20,000 bases of DNA from an uncultured virus (IMG/VR IMGVR_UViG_2775507275_000005) (Duplodnaviria; Heunggongvirae; Uroviricota; Caudoviricetes). A program made the translations under genes and the position numbers. The stretch's first letter is position 1, and every line of letters begins with the position of its first letter. The stretch lies in IMG/VR virus record IMGVR_UViG_2775507275_000005. One strand, given 5' to 3'. The notes beneath the pieces were generated by a model that made no database searches, was not told where the DNA came from, and worked only from the letters and a program-made list of their open reading frames with translations. Below, in pieces: positions 7,600-17,393 of this stretch.

Positions 7600-7977
7600 A
7601 TGGCATTGGAAGAATACGTTGGCGCGATCGTGCTCGAGGTCGACGGCCAGGAGGCCGAGGTCGTGAGCGTGTCGCCAACGTCGAAGACCGGCAAGAAGCC
7701 GGTCAAGACGATGAATCGCACGGGCCGCGTCAAGGGCTTCGCGCGTGGCGTCGAGGAACACGAGCTGAAGGTGGCGGTCGTGATCCCACTCGACGGCGAC
7801 GAGATCGACTGGTTCAACATGGAGGGCGGCAAGCTGACCATGTTTCCGGTATCACCCGGCGGCCAGCGCGTGAGCTATTACGACTGCGTCACGCTCGACA
7901 TGGGCGATCAGTACAGCGTGGAAAACGAGGCGCGCCGCGACCTCACCATCTTCTCGACTCGACGGGTGACGGAATGA
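7600..7977 (+). CDS. Tail tube protein (Mu gpM position)
   Basis: 125-aa beta-rich protein directly after the sheath; SD AGGAG. Confidence 0.8.
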   Translation: MALEEYVGAIVLEVDGQEAEVVSVSPTSKTGKKPVKTMNRTGRVKGFARGVEEHELKVAVVIPLDGDEIDWFNMEGGKLTMFPVSPGGQRVSYYDCVTLDMGDQYSVENEARRDLTIFSTRRVTE

Positions 7978-8372
7978 GCATCATGACGGAAAAGGGTTCG
8001 CTGGACTACGGCATCGAATATCCGGCCGGCAGTGGCCAGTATCACTACGACTTCGAGCTGCGTCTCGCGACGGTCGACGACAACATCTCAGCCTATGAGC
8101 ATCCGTCGATCCTCGGCGGCGGTGTGTCGAACATGCGCGTCAACGCGGCGATCATCTCGTCATGCCTGCTGTCGCTCGGCACTGTCCCGAAGGAAGAGAT
8201 CACGCCGGAGCTGATCGGCACGGCGATCGACGTCGACTATGACCAGTTGTACGCCAAGCAGGAACTGCTCAAAAAAAAGCGAAAGGAAAGGAAACCCACC
8301 TTCGCAACTTCCGACTCGCCGTCCTCATCCTCGGACCCTGCGGGTTCAGCGAAGAGCGAGTCCGGAACCTGA
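7974..8372 (+). CDS. Tail assembly chaperone (lambda G / Mu gp41 analogue)
   Basis: Between tube and tape measure; contains the slippery run AAAAAAAAG at 8271-8279. Confidence 0.8.
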   Translation: MSIMTEKGSLDYGIEYPAGSGQYHYDFELRLATVDDNISAYEHPSILGGGVSNMRVNAAIISSCLLSLGTVPKEEITPELIGTAIDVDYDQLYAKQELLKKKRKERKPTFATSDSPSSSSDPAGSAKSESGT

Positions 8373-8500
8373 GCGAACCGGAGCTGGAGGGTTACCTGTC
8401 CGCGTTCGCCACGCTGCGCGGACAGGGTTCGAACGGTCGTCCCGGGAAGACCGGGCCGACCGTTAAAAGCATGCGGCGCAAACGCCGCAAGGGTAAATAG
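7974..8500 (+). CDS. -1 frameshifted chaperone (G-T type fusion), ~175 aa
   Basis: Heptamer A AAA AAG (8273-8279) is correctly phased. The -1 frame is open from 8279 to TAG 8498-8500 (AKGKETHLRNFRLAVLILGPCGFSEERVRNLSEPELEGYLSAF...RRKRRKGK) and ends 2 nt before the tape measure ATG. Confidence 0.8.
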
Positions 8501-8502
8501 GA

Positions 8503-10755
8503 ATGTCTCGCGATCTCGCCGTCGGCATGACCATTCGGATGCGCGACCAGGTGTCCGCACCGGCGCAGCAATCCGAACGCAATGTCCAGCGCAGCGTGCG
8601 CCAGACGACGCAGACCTATACCGACGCGTCGCGCGTCGCCGTGTCGACGAGCCGGATGCTGTACAACGTCCGCATGACGCAGAGCGCGCAGGCCGAGCAA
8701 GCCGTGCAACGCAATGTCGCGCAGACCGAGGCTGCGTATCAGCGCGCGAACCGTAACGTGCTGACCGGGTCGCAACGGCTCGCCAATGCCCGTCAGCAGC
8801 TCGACATTCGATCGGAACAGACGATCCGGCGCGAAATCGATCAGACGGTCGCGTCGTACAACCGACTCGCGCGGGCCGGCTTCTCGTCGTCGAACGAACA
8901 AGCTCGTGCATTCGCAGCCGTTCAGCGCAAGGTCGCTGAGCTGAACAAGGAACTTGGCAAGACGGTCGAACGCGAAAGCCTGCTGGCTCGCGGCTCGCAT
9001 GGCATGCTGCGCGTCGGCGAAGGGATCGCGGGGGCCTATGCCGGAGCGCGTGTACTGTCCGGCCCGGTGGGCCAGGCAATGCGGTTCGATCAGCATCTGG
9101 CGATGATCGCGAACACCAGCTATCGCAACCTTGCACCGAAGGATCGCGTGAAGGCCACCGATGAGCTGCGAGCAGTTGTTTACGCGGCTGTTCAGGAGGG
9201 TGGCGGGACGCTCGACCAAGCGATGGAATCCCTCGAAAAACTGATGGCTCACGACGCGCTTGGACACAAAGCCGCGTTCGAGCTTCTGCCGAAACTGCAG
9301 CGAGGTGCGCAAGCCGAGGGAGCCGACCCGGTCGACCTGGGCAACGTCGCGGTCAAGGCTGTGCAGAACTTGCGCTTTGAAGAGCACGATACCGGGCGTG
9401 TTCTGGACATGGGGGCAGTTGCCAGCCACATGGGTGAATTCAAGTTCCCGGACCTGAGTCATTACCTTCCGGCGCAGATGGCGGCCGCAGGCAATGCGGG
9501 TTTCTCGGGCGCGCGCGGCTACGCGAAGATTCTGGCGCTGAACGAAACCGCGATGTCCACGGCCGGCACCGCCGGTCAGGCCGGCACGAACGTGACCGAC
9601 CTGCTCAACCAGATGTCGAGCCGGGAGCTGGCGCACGCGGCGAAACGCGCCGGCATCAAGGATTTCGAGGGCGTCAAAATGCGGACCCTGGCGCGCGGCG
9701 GCGACATGCTCGACGCGATAGAGGCGACGATCGAGACGATCTTCAAGAGCGACAAGAAGTACCAGGAAATCCAGCGCAAACTGAAAACCGCCAAACCGGG
9801 CGAGGACAAGGAATTGCTGACGGACATGGCGAACCTGCTGCAGGGTTCGGCGATCGGCAAGCTGTTCGGCAACCAGCAGTCCGTGATGGCGCTGACCGGC
9901 TACATCACGCAGAAGCACAAGCGGCAGGAGGTGTATGAAGCCGCCATGCACGAATGGGATCGCGGAGGCGGCACGATCGCAGGCGACTTCGACGTCGTGA
10001 AAGCGATGGACGGGTTCAAGGCGCAGCAGCTCAAGAACGAGGCCGAGATCGCGGAGATGGACGCCCTGCGCGGATTGAATCACCAGCTCGGCGACGCGGC
10101 GTCGAAGCTCGCGAACTATGCGAAGGAATACCCGGGCCTCGCGAAAGCAATTGCCGGCACCACGCTCGCATTCGAAGGGCTGACGGCCATCCTCCTGGGC
10201 GCGGGTCTGATGCGGTTTGTGACCGGCGGCCGCGCTGCCGGTGCCGTGGCGGCAGCCGATGCCGGGCTGGCGAGCGCAGGTGTCGCAGGCGCGGCCAGCG
10301 CGGCAGGATTCGGCGCACGGTTCGCAGGCATGGCGAAAGCCATCGGCACGCGTGGTGGCCCATTGCTGGCGATCGCAAGCGGCCTCGAGGCGTTTTCGAT
10401 CGCGGGCGATCAGTCGAAGACGGCTGACGAGAAGAAAGCCGCTTACGTCGGTGTTGCCGGCGGTGCTGTTGGTGGTCTTGCCGGGATGGCTGCTGGTGCG
10501 GCGACCGGCGCGGCGCTTGGCTCGGTCGTTCCCGTCGCAGGCAACATCGTCGGCGCGGGCGTCGGGGCCGTCGCCGGATACTTCGGCCACGAATGGGGGG
10601 AGAAGCTCGGCAAAATGATCGGCGACGCGATCTTCGCGCAGAAGAAGGACGAGAAGCCGCCTGTTGTCGAGGGACACTTCACCATCAACCTCGATGGCCA
10701 GCACCTCTACGACTTCGTCACGATGGCTGGCCAAAAGGCGGCTCGGAGATTCTGA
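8503..10755 (+). CDS. Tail tape measure protein
   Basis: 750 aa, helical and Ala-rich, with a Gly/Ala-rich hydrophobic C-terminal region; follows the frameshifted chaperone. Confidence 0.92.
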   Translation: MSRDLAVGMTIRMRDQVSAPAQQSERNVQRSVRQTTQTYTDASRVAVSTSRMLYNVRMTQSAQAEQAVQRNVAQTEAAYQRANRNVLTGSQRLANARQQLDIRSEQTIRREIDQTVASYNRLARAGFSSSNEQARAFAAVQRKVAELNKELGKTVERESLLARGSHGMLRVGEGIAGAYAGARVLSGPVGQAMRFDQHLAMIANTSYRNLAPKDRVKATDELRAVVYAAVQEGGGTLDQAMESLEKLMAHDALGHKAAFELLPKLQRGAQAEGADPVDLGNVAVKAVQNLRFEEHDTGRVLDMGAVASHMGEFKFPDLSHYLPAQMAAAGNAGFSGARGYAKILALNETAMSTAGTAGQAGTNVTDLLNQMSSRELAHAAKRAGIKDFEGVKMRTLARGGDMLDAIEATIETIFKSDKKYQEIQRKLKTAKPGEDKELLTDMANLLQGSAIGKLFGNQQSVMALTGYITQKHKRQEVYEAAMHEWDRGGGTIAGDFDVVKAMDGFKAQQLKNEAEIAEMDALRGLNHQLGDAASKLANYAKEYPGLAKAIAGTTLAFEGLTAILLGAGLMRFVTGGRAAGAVAAADAGLASAGVAGAASAAGFGARFAGMAKAIGTRGGPLLAIASGLEAFSIAGDQSKTADEKKAAYVGVAGGAVGGLAGMAAGAATGAALGSVVPVAGNIVGAGVGAVAGYFGHEWGEKLGKMIGDAIFAQKKDEKPPVVEGHFTINLDGQHLYDFVTMAGQKAARRF

Positions 10756-10756
10756 T

Positions 10757-12067
10757 ATGGCATGGAAAGATAGCCTGCTCGATGCTTCGTTTCGCGGCGT
10801 TCCGTTCGACGCGCAGCACACGGACGATACGATCGACCGCGATACCGCTGAATACGCGGTGCCGCACGTCGACGGCGAAGACGTTGAAGATCTCGGCCTG
10901 AAGGCGCACACCACCAGTATTACCGCGATCTTCTTCGGCGACGATTACGAGGATCGGATGCAGGCGCTGCTCGGCGCACTCGCGATCAAGGGGCCGGGCG
11001 AACTGATCCATCCGGTGTTCGGGTCGATGCCAAGCATGCAGCTCATTGGCGCGCACGTGTCGCATGATGCCGAGAACGTCGACGCGTGTGTGATCGAGAT
11101 GCGGTTCAAGCGCTCGACGCCGGCCAATCCGTTCTTCATTGAGCAGCGGCCGACGCAAACCGCTGACGCCGCCGCGCAGCTCGCGACCACCGCGCAGGAT
11201 GCCGGCACCAGCATGTTCGAGCGAGCAGTCGGCCTGCTCAAGACGATGAAGGCTGGCCTGCGCCGACTCAATGCTTTGCGCGATGTCCTGAGCGAGACGC
11301 TCGGTCCGATCACGGCGCTTGTCGTCGGCTTTCGACGTGCGACGGTCGATTATCTGTCCTGGCCGGGCGCGTTCGCGTCGGACCTGATCGGCCTGGTCAG
11401 CGGTATCGCGGATTTCCGTTCGTTCGATCCAGGACTCGTCATGTCTGACTGGAACGACATGCGCGACCAGATGAAGACGGTCGTGAAGCTGCCTGCAGCG
11501 TCGGCCGCTGGCCAGCCGCTCGTCATTCCTGGCACGCAGGCCACGACGGCCGCACCCAGCAGCTCGACCGACCCCGCCACGCCGTATGCGCCGGCACGTC
11601 CTAGCACCGTTGCCGCTGACGCATCGGACATCCAGCTCGTCACGGCCGTCACGGCGGTTGTCGTTGCCACGGTGACGGCCAGCGTTGCATCCGACATCCT
11701 GGCGAATGAGGCCGACACACCGACGCTGACGCCGGATCAGGTCGAGCAGATCGCGAACGATACGCGTGAATTGATCCAGGCCGCGATCGACGCCGTACGC
11801 GCGGCCGTGCCGGTCGAACAGGCTCGGCCCGTTATCGAGCCGTTAAAAGAGACGGCACTGTCGGTGCAGGAGCTGGCGATCAAGGTGATCGACGTCCTGC
11901 CGCCGATCATTTCGCGCACGGTTGATGCGCCGTCGAACCTCACGTTGCTGGCGCATCTCTGGTACGGAGACTATTTGCGCTCGACGGAGCTTCTTCGCCT
12001 GAATTCACAGATCCGCAATCCGAACTTCATTCAGCGAGGAGACATTGTCCGTGGCTTCGCCCAATAA
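10757..12067 (+). CDS. DNA circularization/tail protein (Mu gpN)
   Basis: MAWKDSLLDASFRGVPF, EDLG, GPGELIHPVFG and C-terminal LAHLWYGD...LLRLN..IRNPNFI; start at 10757 with GGAG SD. Confidence 0.92.
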   Translation: MAWKDSLLDASFRGVPFDAQHTDDTIDRDTAEYAVPHVDGEDVEDLGLKAHTTSITAIFFGDDYEDRMQALLGALAIKGPGELIHPVFGSMPSMQLIGAHVSHDAENVDACVIEMRFKRSTPANPFFIEQRPTQTADAAAQLATTAQDAGTSMFERAVGLLKTMKAGLRRLNALRDVLSETLGPITALVVGFRRATVDYLSWPGAFASDLIGLVSGIADFRSFDPGLVMSDWNDMRDQMKTVVKLPAASAAGQPLVIPGTQATTAAPSSSTDPATPYAPARPSTVAADASDIQLVTAVTAVVVATVTASVASDILANEADTPTLTPDQVEQIANDTRELIQAAIDAVRAAVPVEQARPVIEPLKETALSVQELAIKVIDVLPPIISRTVDAPSNLTLLAHLWYGDYLRSTELLRLNSQIRNPNFIQRGDIVRGFAQ

Positions 12068-13175
12068 CGATGTGACGCTGCTGATCGGTGGCAAGGCGCA
12101 TAGTGCCTGGTCGTCGTATTCGATCGATTCCGATCTGCTGACGCCGGCCGACGCGTGGGACGTGCGCCTCACGCGCCCGGCCGGCAAGATGCCGGACACG
12201 GTCAAATCCGGCGCGCATGTCCAGGTGAAGGTCGGCGACGACACGGTGCTCGTCGGCTACGTCGACCAGGTGCGTCGCCGCACCAGCAAGACCGAGAAGA
12301 CGCTGTCGATCAGCGGCCGGGACTATGCCGCGATCCTGCGCGACTGCTCGGCACCGATTTTCACGGCTAAACAGGTCACGTTAGCGGAGGTGGTCGCGAA
12401 CATCGTTAAACCGCTCGGGATCAGGAAGATTCGTATCGACACGGCGCGCGCGCAGTCGACGTGGGACAAGATCAGCGTCGACCCGGGTGACACGGCATGG
12501 GACGCGCTCGTTCACGCGGCCGAGGGTGAAGGTTTGTGGCCGTGGTTCGATCCGGACGGCACGCTCGTGGTCGGCGGGCCGGACTACAATGCCCCGCCCG
12601 TCGCGAGCCTGATCCTGCGCGAGGATGGTAAGGGCAACAACGTCGAGTGGTTCGACGAGGATTTGTCGATCGCCGAGCGACACTCGGAAGTCACGGTGCT
12701 CGGCCAGGCGCACGGCACCGGATCGAAGGCCGGCAAGCACGCCATCAAGGCGACCGTGAAAGACAAGGATGTGCCGGTGTACCGCCCCAAGATAGTCGTC
12801 GACCACGACGCGCCCAATCTGGCAGCGGCCGAAGCGCGTGCGCGCAAGATCATTTCCGACTCGGCACTCGCCGCGCACACGCTGCGCGCGAGCGTCAAGG
12901 GACACCGAACCTCGGACGGCGTGCTGTGGAAGCCGGGCCAACGGGTGCACGTCGTATGGGAGGAATACGGGATCGACGCCATCTACTTCCTGATGGCGCG
13001 TCGATTCACGGGTGGCCGTCCAGGCGGCACGCACACGACGCTGACCCTGAAGGAAGATGGCGTGTGGATTCTCGACGCGCATCCGCATTCGGGCCGCAAG
13101 CATCGGAAGAAGAAACGCGGCGGACCATCGATCGAAGTCACGGACGCCACCATCGACGCGAGCATCATGAAATGA
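12051..13175 (+). CDS. Baseplate hub protein (Mu gpP/gp44)
   Basis: YSIDSDLLTPADAW, ISGRD..AILRDCS and LWKPGQRVHV motifs; GTG 12051 lies 9 nt after GAGGAG (TTG 12045 is the alternative). Confidence 0.9.
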   Translation: MASPNNDVTLLIGGKAHSAWSSYSIDSDLLTPADAWDVRLTRPAGKMPDTVKSGAHVQVKVGDDTVLVGYVDQVRRRTSKTEKTLSISGRDYAAILRDCSAPIFTAKQVTLAEVVANIVKPLGIRKIRIDTARAQSTWDKISVDPGDTAWDALVHAAEGEGLWPWFDPDGTLVVGGPDYNAPPVASLILREDGKGNNVEWFDEDLSIAERHSEVTVLGQAHGTGSKAGKHAIKATVKDKDVPVYRPKIVVDHDAPNLAAAEARARKIISDSALAAHTLRASVKGHRTSDGVLWKPGQRVHVVWEEYGIDAIYFLMARRFTGGRPGGTHTTLTLKEDGVWILDAHPHSGRKHRKKKRGGPSIEVTDATIDASIMK

Positions 13176-13774
13176 TCAAGGACATCGACAAGCGCATCCA
13201 GCGTGCGGTTTCCGGCATTCGGCAAGCCTTCCGAGGAATGATCGGTGGCGTGCAGACAAACGGCCCGACCGCGACCGTTCGCGGCGAAGGTCTCGCTGGC
13301 GAGAACATGGTCGACCTCGAACTATTCCAACACTACGGCTACACCAGTTCGCCGCCGGCCGGCACGATGATGGTCGTGGTGCCGGTCGGCGGCAAGACGA
13401 GTCATGGAATCGTCATCGCGACCGAGCATGGTCAGTATCGGTTGAAGGCGTTGAAGGCTGGCGAGGTGGCGCTGTACACGGACGAAGGTGATTCCATCGT
13501 CCTCGCTCGCGGCCGCGTCATCGACATCAAGACGAAGACGCTGAACATCGAAGCCGAAGAATCGGTCAACTTCAAGACGCCGACCGTCAATATGGATCAC
13601 GCGCTCAACGTGGCCGAGCAGATCACCGGCAAGGGCGGCATGTCGATGTCGGGTGGCGGCGGCGCGCGCATCGACAGCCTGAACGTCGACAAGGATGCCG
13701 TGATCAGCGGCAAGAGCTTCAACGGCCACAAGCATCCGGAAACGGGCAGCATCACGGGCACCCCTGTCGCCTGA
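13172..13774 (+). CDS. Baseplate central spike (Mu gpQ/gp45, P2 gpV-like)
   Basis: ELFQHYGYTSSPP and GEVALYTDEG; C-terminal HxH iron-binding motif (GHKHPE); ATGA overlap with gpP. Confidence 0.92.
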   Translation: MIKDIDKRIQRAVSGIRQAFRGMIGGVQTNGPTATVRGEGLAGENMVDLELFQHYGYTSSPPAGTMMVVVPVGGKTSHGIVIATEHGQYRLKALKAGEVALYTDEGDSIVLARGRVIDIKTKTLNIEAEESVNFKTPTVNMDHALNVAEQITGKGGMSMSGGGGARIDSLNVDKDAVISGKSFNGHKHPETGSITGTPVA

Positions 13775-13788
13775 CATCAGCGGCACTC

Positions 13789-13839
13789 ACTGACCTCCAT
13801 CATCTGAATTGTCCACGCGCGCGCGATCACAATCGCGGC
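13789..13839 (+). promoter_or_regulatory. Second putative activator-dependent late promoter, leaderless
   Basis: ACTGACCTCcatCAtCT starts 51 nt before ATG 13840; -10-like CACAAT (13828-13833) lies 6 nt before the ATG; no SD. Confidence 0.65.
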
Positions 13840-14190
13840 ATGGACGCACTTCTGAACCCGCAAACTGGCGGATATACCGGCACGCAAACGACGACGCTTG
13901 CGAATGCCGTGTATATCCGCCTTGCCACACCGCTCGGCTCCTGGTGGGCCGCGCTCGACGTCGGGTCGCTGCTGCACACGCTGGCGCGCGAGAAAGATAC
14001 GCCCCGCGTGCGCCGTCTCGCCGTTCAATACGCCGAGCAAGCGCTCGCCCCGTTGGTCAAGGACGGCCGCGCGCGCAAGGTGTCGGTGTCGTCCGCATCC
14101 GCCGAAAAAGGCTGGCTCATTCTGTTCATCGAAGTGGTCGACGTCACGGGCGACGTGCGCCACTTCCAACATCCGGTCAAGGTGTCGTAA
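13840..14190 (+). CDS. Baseplate wedge protein (Mu gp46-like)
   Basis: LANAVYIRL.TPLGSWWA...GSLLHTLAREK and YAEQALAPLVKDGRA motifs. Confidence 0.9.
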   Translation: MDALLNPQTGGYTGTQTTTLANAVYIRLATPLGSWWAALDVGSLLHTLAREKDTPRVRRLAVQYAEQALAPLVKDGRARKVSVSSASAEKGWLILFIEVVDVTGDVRHFQHPVKVS

Positions 14191-15257
14191 TGCCGGCAAC
14201 CGTTCTGACTCTCGACCAGATCCGCGAAAACATTCTTCGCGAGATCAAGAATCAGCGCCCGGAAGCTGACGTCGGGCCGGATTCGGATCACTTCGTGCGC
14301 GCGAGCGGCACGGCCAGCGCGATCGAAGGTCTGTACGCGCATCAGGTCTGGACCGCCAAACAGATTTTTCCGGACACGGCCGACGAAGACAAACTCATTC
14401 TTCACGCGCGCCTGCGCGGCATCGAGCGCAAGCCGGCCGTCGTCGCGAGCGGCACCGCGCGCGCGACGGGCAAGCCCGGCATCCAGGTCGCCAGCGGTTT
14501 GAGCGCGAAGTACCAGGACGGCACGGCTTATGTGACGACGAGCGGCGGCACGTTTGACGCGGCGGGCAATCTCGTCGTCAGTGTGGTGGCCGTCGACGCC
14601 GGTGTCGACGGAAACCGTCAGGATGGCGATGCGCTCACGCTCACCGTGCCGCCGGTCAACGTCGACGCGACGCTGGCGATCATCAGTCTTCGTGGCGGCA
14701 CGGCAATCGAAACGCTCGACAGCTTGCTCGCACGTCTGCTGCAGCGCATTCGTCGTCCACCGGCCGGCGGCAACAAATACGATTACTGGCAATGGGCGAT
14801 GGAGGTGGCCGGCGTAACGGCCGCGTTTGTCTATCCGTTGCGTCGGGGGCTCGGCACGGTCGACGTCGTTATCGTGACCGAAGATGGCCTACCTTCGGAT
14901 GACGTATTAAAAGCCGTGCAGGCGCACATTGACGATCAGCGGCCGGTGCGGGCCAAGGATGCACGCGTTGTCGTGCCGTCGATCAAGCCCTACGACGTCA
15001 CGGCGGCCGTCAAGCTGAACGGCATCACGCTCGACGCGGCTCAATCGGCTGTCGAATCCGGTCTCGCAGCCTATAACGCGATCGTGTCTCCTGGCGACAT
15101 GGTCATTCGAAACCGCATCGGCGGCGTCATCAACGATACGCTTGGCATCGAAGACTATGTGCTTGAAAGCCCAACGGCCAATGTCGTCCCAGTGGTCGAT
15201 GCGCAGGTGATCGAGTGGTGCCGGCTCGGCAAGGTGACGTTGAGGACGATGACATGA
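14190..15257 (+). CDS. Baseplate J-like protein (Mu gp47)
   Basis: QIFPDTAD, RRPPAGGNKYDYWQWAMEV and RRGLGTVDV motifs; TAATG overlap with gp46. Confidence 0.93.
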   Translation: MPATVLTLDQIRENILREIKNQRPEADVGPDSDHFVRASGTASAIEGLYAHQVWTAKQIFPDTADEDKLILHARLRGIERKPAVVASGTARATGKPGIQVASGLSAKYQDGTAYVTTSGGTFDAAGNLVVSVVAVDAGVDGNRQDGDALTLTVPPVNVDATLAIISLRGGTAIETLDSLLARLLQRIRRPPAGGNKYDYWQWAMEVAGVTAAFVYPLRRGLGTVDVVIVTEDGLPSDDVLKAVQAHIDDQRPVRAKDARVVVPSIKPYDVTAAVKLNGITLDAAQSAVESGLAAYNAIVSPGDMVIRNRIGGVINDTLGIEDYVLESPTANVVPVVDAQVIEWCRLGKVTLRTMT

Positions 15258-15826
15258 ACGAACACGCCGAACTGCTCGGGCGGCTTATTCCTGCCGTCTC
15301 ATACGATCCGCGTGAGCCGCGTCTCGCGGCCGAGCTGACTGCCGAAGGAAAGGTGCTGGATCGCGCGCTCGCCGACGCCGAAACGATCGTGAACGGCATC
15401 ACGCCGTTCTTTGCGCACCAGCTCTTGCCAGATTGGGAGCGTGTGTGTGGCATCACGCCGGCTGTGGATGCGACGTTGCAACAGCGCATATCGACCGTCG
15501 TCGCCAAGGTCAATGAGACTGGCGGCATGTCAATTGCGTACTTCAAGCGACTGGCAAACGCTCTGGGCTACCGGATCGAAATCGTCGAGCTGGAGCCATT
15601 TCGCGTTGACGAAGGTGCGATCGGCGATGCGATCTGGATCGAGGACATCGTCTATCAATGGGGTGTAACCGTTCACGGCTCGCCTTCACTGGAAATCTAC
15701 TTCCGTGTTGACGAAAGCGCGGTTGGCGAGCCGCTGCTGACGTTTGCCGACCCGATTCTCGAATCCGTGTTCCAAGACCTGAAGCCAGCCGACACGTTCG
15801 TCTACTTCATCTACCAGGAAGAGTAA
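15254..15826 (+). CDS. Baseplate protein (Mu gp48/YmfQ/DUF2313)
   Basis: LLPDWERVCGI, GGMSIAYFKRLANALGY and LKPADT motifs; SD GAGG; ATGA overlap. Confidence 0.9.
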   Translation: MNEHAELLGRLIPAVSYDPREPRLAAELTAEGKVLDRALADAETIVNGITPFFAHQLLPDWERVCGITPAVDATLQQRISTVVAKVNETGGMSIAYFKRLANALGYRIEIVELEPFRVDEGAIGDAIWIEDIVYQWGVTVHGSPSLEIYFRVDESAVGEPLLTFADPILESVFQDLKPADTFVYFIYQEE

Positions 15827-15828
15827 CC

Positions 15829-17391
15829 ATGCAACGAATCAACACGCCTGATGGCAACTGGTATCCGGGCGATCCCTCGCAAGGGATCAAAGGGACTGTT
15901 GTTACTCGCCACTTCATGCAAACCGTTCAAGAAGAGCTTGCCGCCGTACCCGAAAGCGTCGGGATGAAACTTGATCCAAACGACAACAAGCAGCTTCTGA
16001 AGGGCATCCGAAAAATTTACACGGACAGTATTGCGGGGGGCATCCAAACGGGTGGCCGGGTCAACGGAGTCAACAGTCCGAACCTGCTGTTCAATGGGTC
16101 GGCTGAATTCGGAAGCGCATCGTGGTTTTCCGGGAACTCGTCCAACATCGATACGAACGGCCTTGTGCTCAAACCAGCCATTGGCAGCTACGGCGAAGGT
16201 ACGTTTTGGGCGCTTGATCGTGATCTCGACGGTAAGGTCGTTTACTTTGTCGATTACTCGGACTTCGTCGGGCTTGGCGATGGAGTCACGATCAGTCTTC
16301 AAGCAGAACTGTTCGCTGGCGGACTGACCGGGGGAAGCTTCTATATCGATGCGGAATTCTACGATGACGCATCTCCGCCGAAGATTCTCGGGCAATCTCT
16401 GCAGTTAAAGGCTCCTCCCGATGCGGGTTGGACGTATTTGAGTGCATCGTCTGCCGTTCCGCGTGGCACGCGAAAACTGCGCATCCGCAAGGTGCTGGAC
16501 GGAAACCCGAAAGGCACACGCGGACTGATCGCTTGCCGTCGTATCAAGTTGGAAGGGGGGGCAGCTTCGTCGCTGTATTCGACCGAGGTCGATTTTCAGC
16601 GCGTCGCGCTACTCGATTCGCCAGCGCTGACTGGAGCGCCGACAGCCCCGACACCGGATGCAAAGGATAACTCGACACGACTCGCGACGACGGCATTCGT
16701 ACAAGCGCTATCGGGAACCTACGCGACGCAGCAATGGGTGCAAGGGTTCGCCGTAAAAAGCGGCGATGGTGTGCCGTACATGCTCACGACGAACAACGAG
16801 CGTAATGCCGCATGGCTTTCAATCAACGGTCAAAATCACGGAAAACTGTGGACGGATATGAGCTTCGATCCTGACTCGAAGCTGAACACGTCCGGCGGTA
16901 CCGTTGGTGGCCGCTTGGCGCTCAGTAAGCAAGGCTGGCAGGCGGACTTCCAGCTCAGAAACTGGCGAGAGGGCCAAGACGTTAGCACGTACTTTCGAGC
17001 GCGCGATGGCGGCGGTCTGGAGATCATCAATAACGCCTATAACTTCGTAACGTGGTCAGTGGACGATTACGGAACCATGTTCATGCGCGGGCAGCAAATG
17101 CTCAACACGGACGGCAACCTTTGGTGTGCTTATCGCGGTTCGTGGATGTCCGGCATCCTAGACGATCTCTACAACCGCGATAATGGAAAGGCTAATGCGG
17201 GCGCTACATGCCAGCCGTATGACTTTGCGGAATTCGGGCCGATCAAGAGTAACGGCGGTAATGGACCACATCAGGTGGATGCTCCGGACACCTGGATAAT
17301 GAAAGGTGTGCGATGTGGTGGGTGGGTGGGGCCAGCCGGAGACTCGATTGGCTCGTTGTACATCCGCTGCGTTCGATTGAGGAACCAATAA
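15829..17391 (+). CDS. Tail fibre protein (Mu gpS/gp49 position)
   Basis: Mu-type N-terminus (MQRI...GT.VT..FMQTVQEELAAV...LDPNDNKQLL); fibre repeat SPALTGAPTAPTP...NSTRLATTAFV; lower-GC variable remainder. Confidence 0.88.
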   Translation: MQRINTPDGNWYPGDPSQGIKGTVVTRHFMQTVQEELAAVPESVGMKLDPNDNKQLLKGIRKIYTDSIAGGIQTGGRVNGVNSPNLLFNGSAEFGSASWFSGNSSNIDTNGLVLKPAIGSYGEGTFWALDRDLDGKVVYFVDYSDFVGLGDGVTISLQAELFAGGLTGGSFYIDAEFYDDASPPKILGQSLQLKAPPDAGWTYLSASSAVPRGTRKLRIRKVLDGNPKGTRGLIACRRIKLEGGAASSLYSTEVDFQRVALLDSPALTGAPTAPTPDAKDNSTRLATTAFVQALSGTYATQQWVQGFAVKSGDGVPYMLTTNNERNAAWLSINGQNHGKLWTDMSFDPDSKLNTSGGTVGGRLALSKQGWQADFQLRNWREGQDVSTYFRARDGGGLEIINNAYNFVTWSVDDYGTMFMRGQQMLNTDGNLWCAYRGSWMSGILDDLYNRDNGKANAGATCQPYDFAEFGPIKSNGGNGPHQVDAPDTWIMKGVRCGGWVGPAGDSIGSLYIRCVRLRNQ

Positions 17392-17393
17392 GA

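Noticed and set aside
10200..10600. Gly/Ala-rich repetitive stretch
   Set aside because: Ordinary low-complexity C-terminal region of the tape measure protein; not a DNA repeat array or CRISPR.
8392..10914. 840-aa minus-strand ORF, and other long antisense or alternate-frame ORFs (e.g. 4039-5412, 4259-5254, 18678-19772)
   Set aside because: Shadow frames of well-supported genes in GC-rich DNA; no recognisable motifs or RBS.
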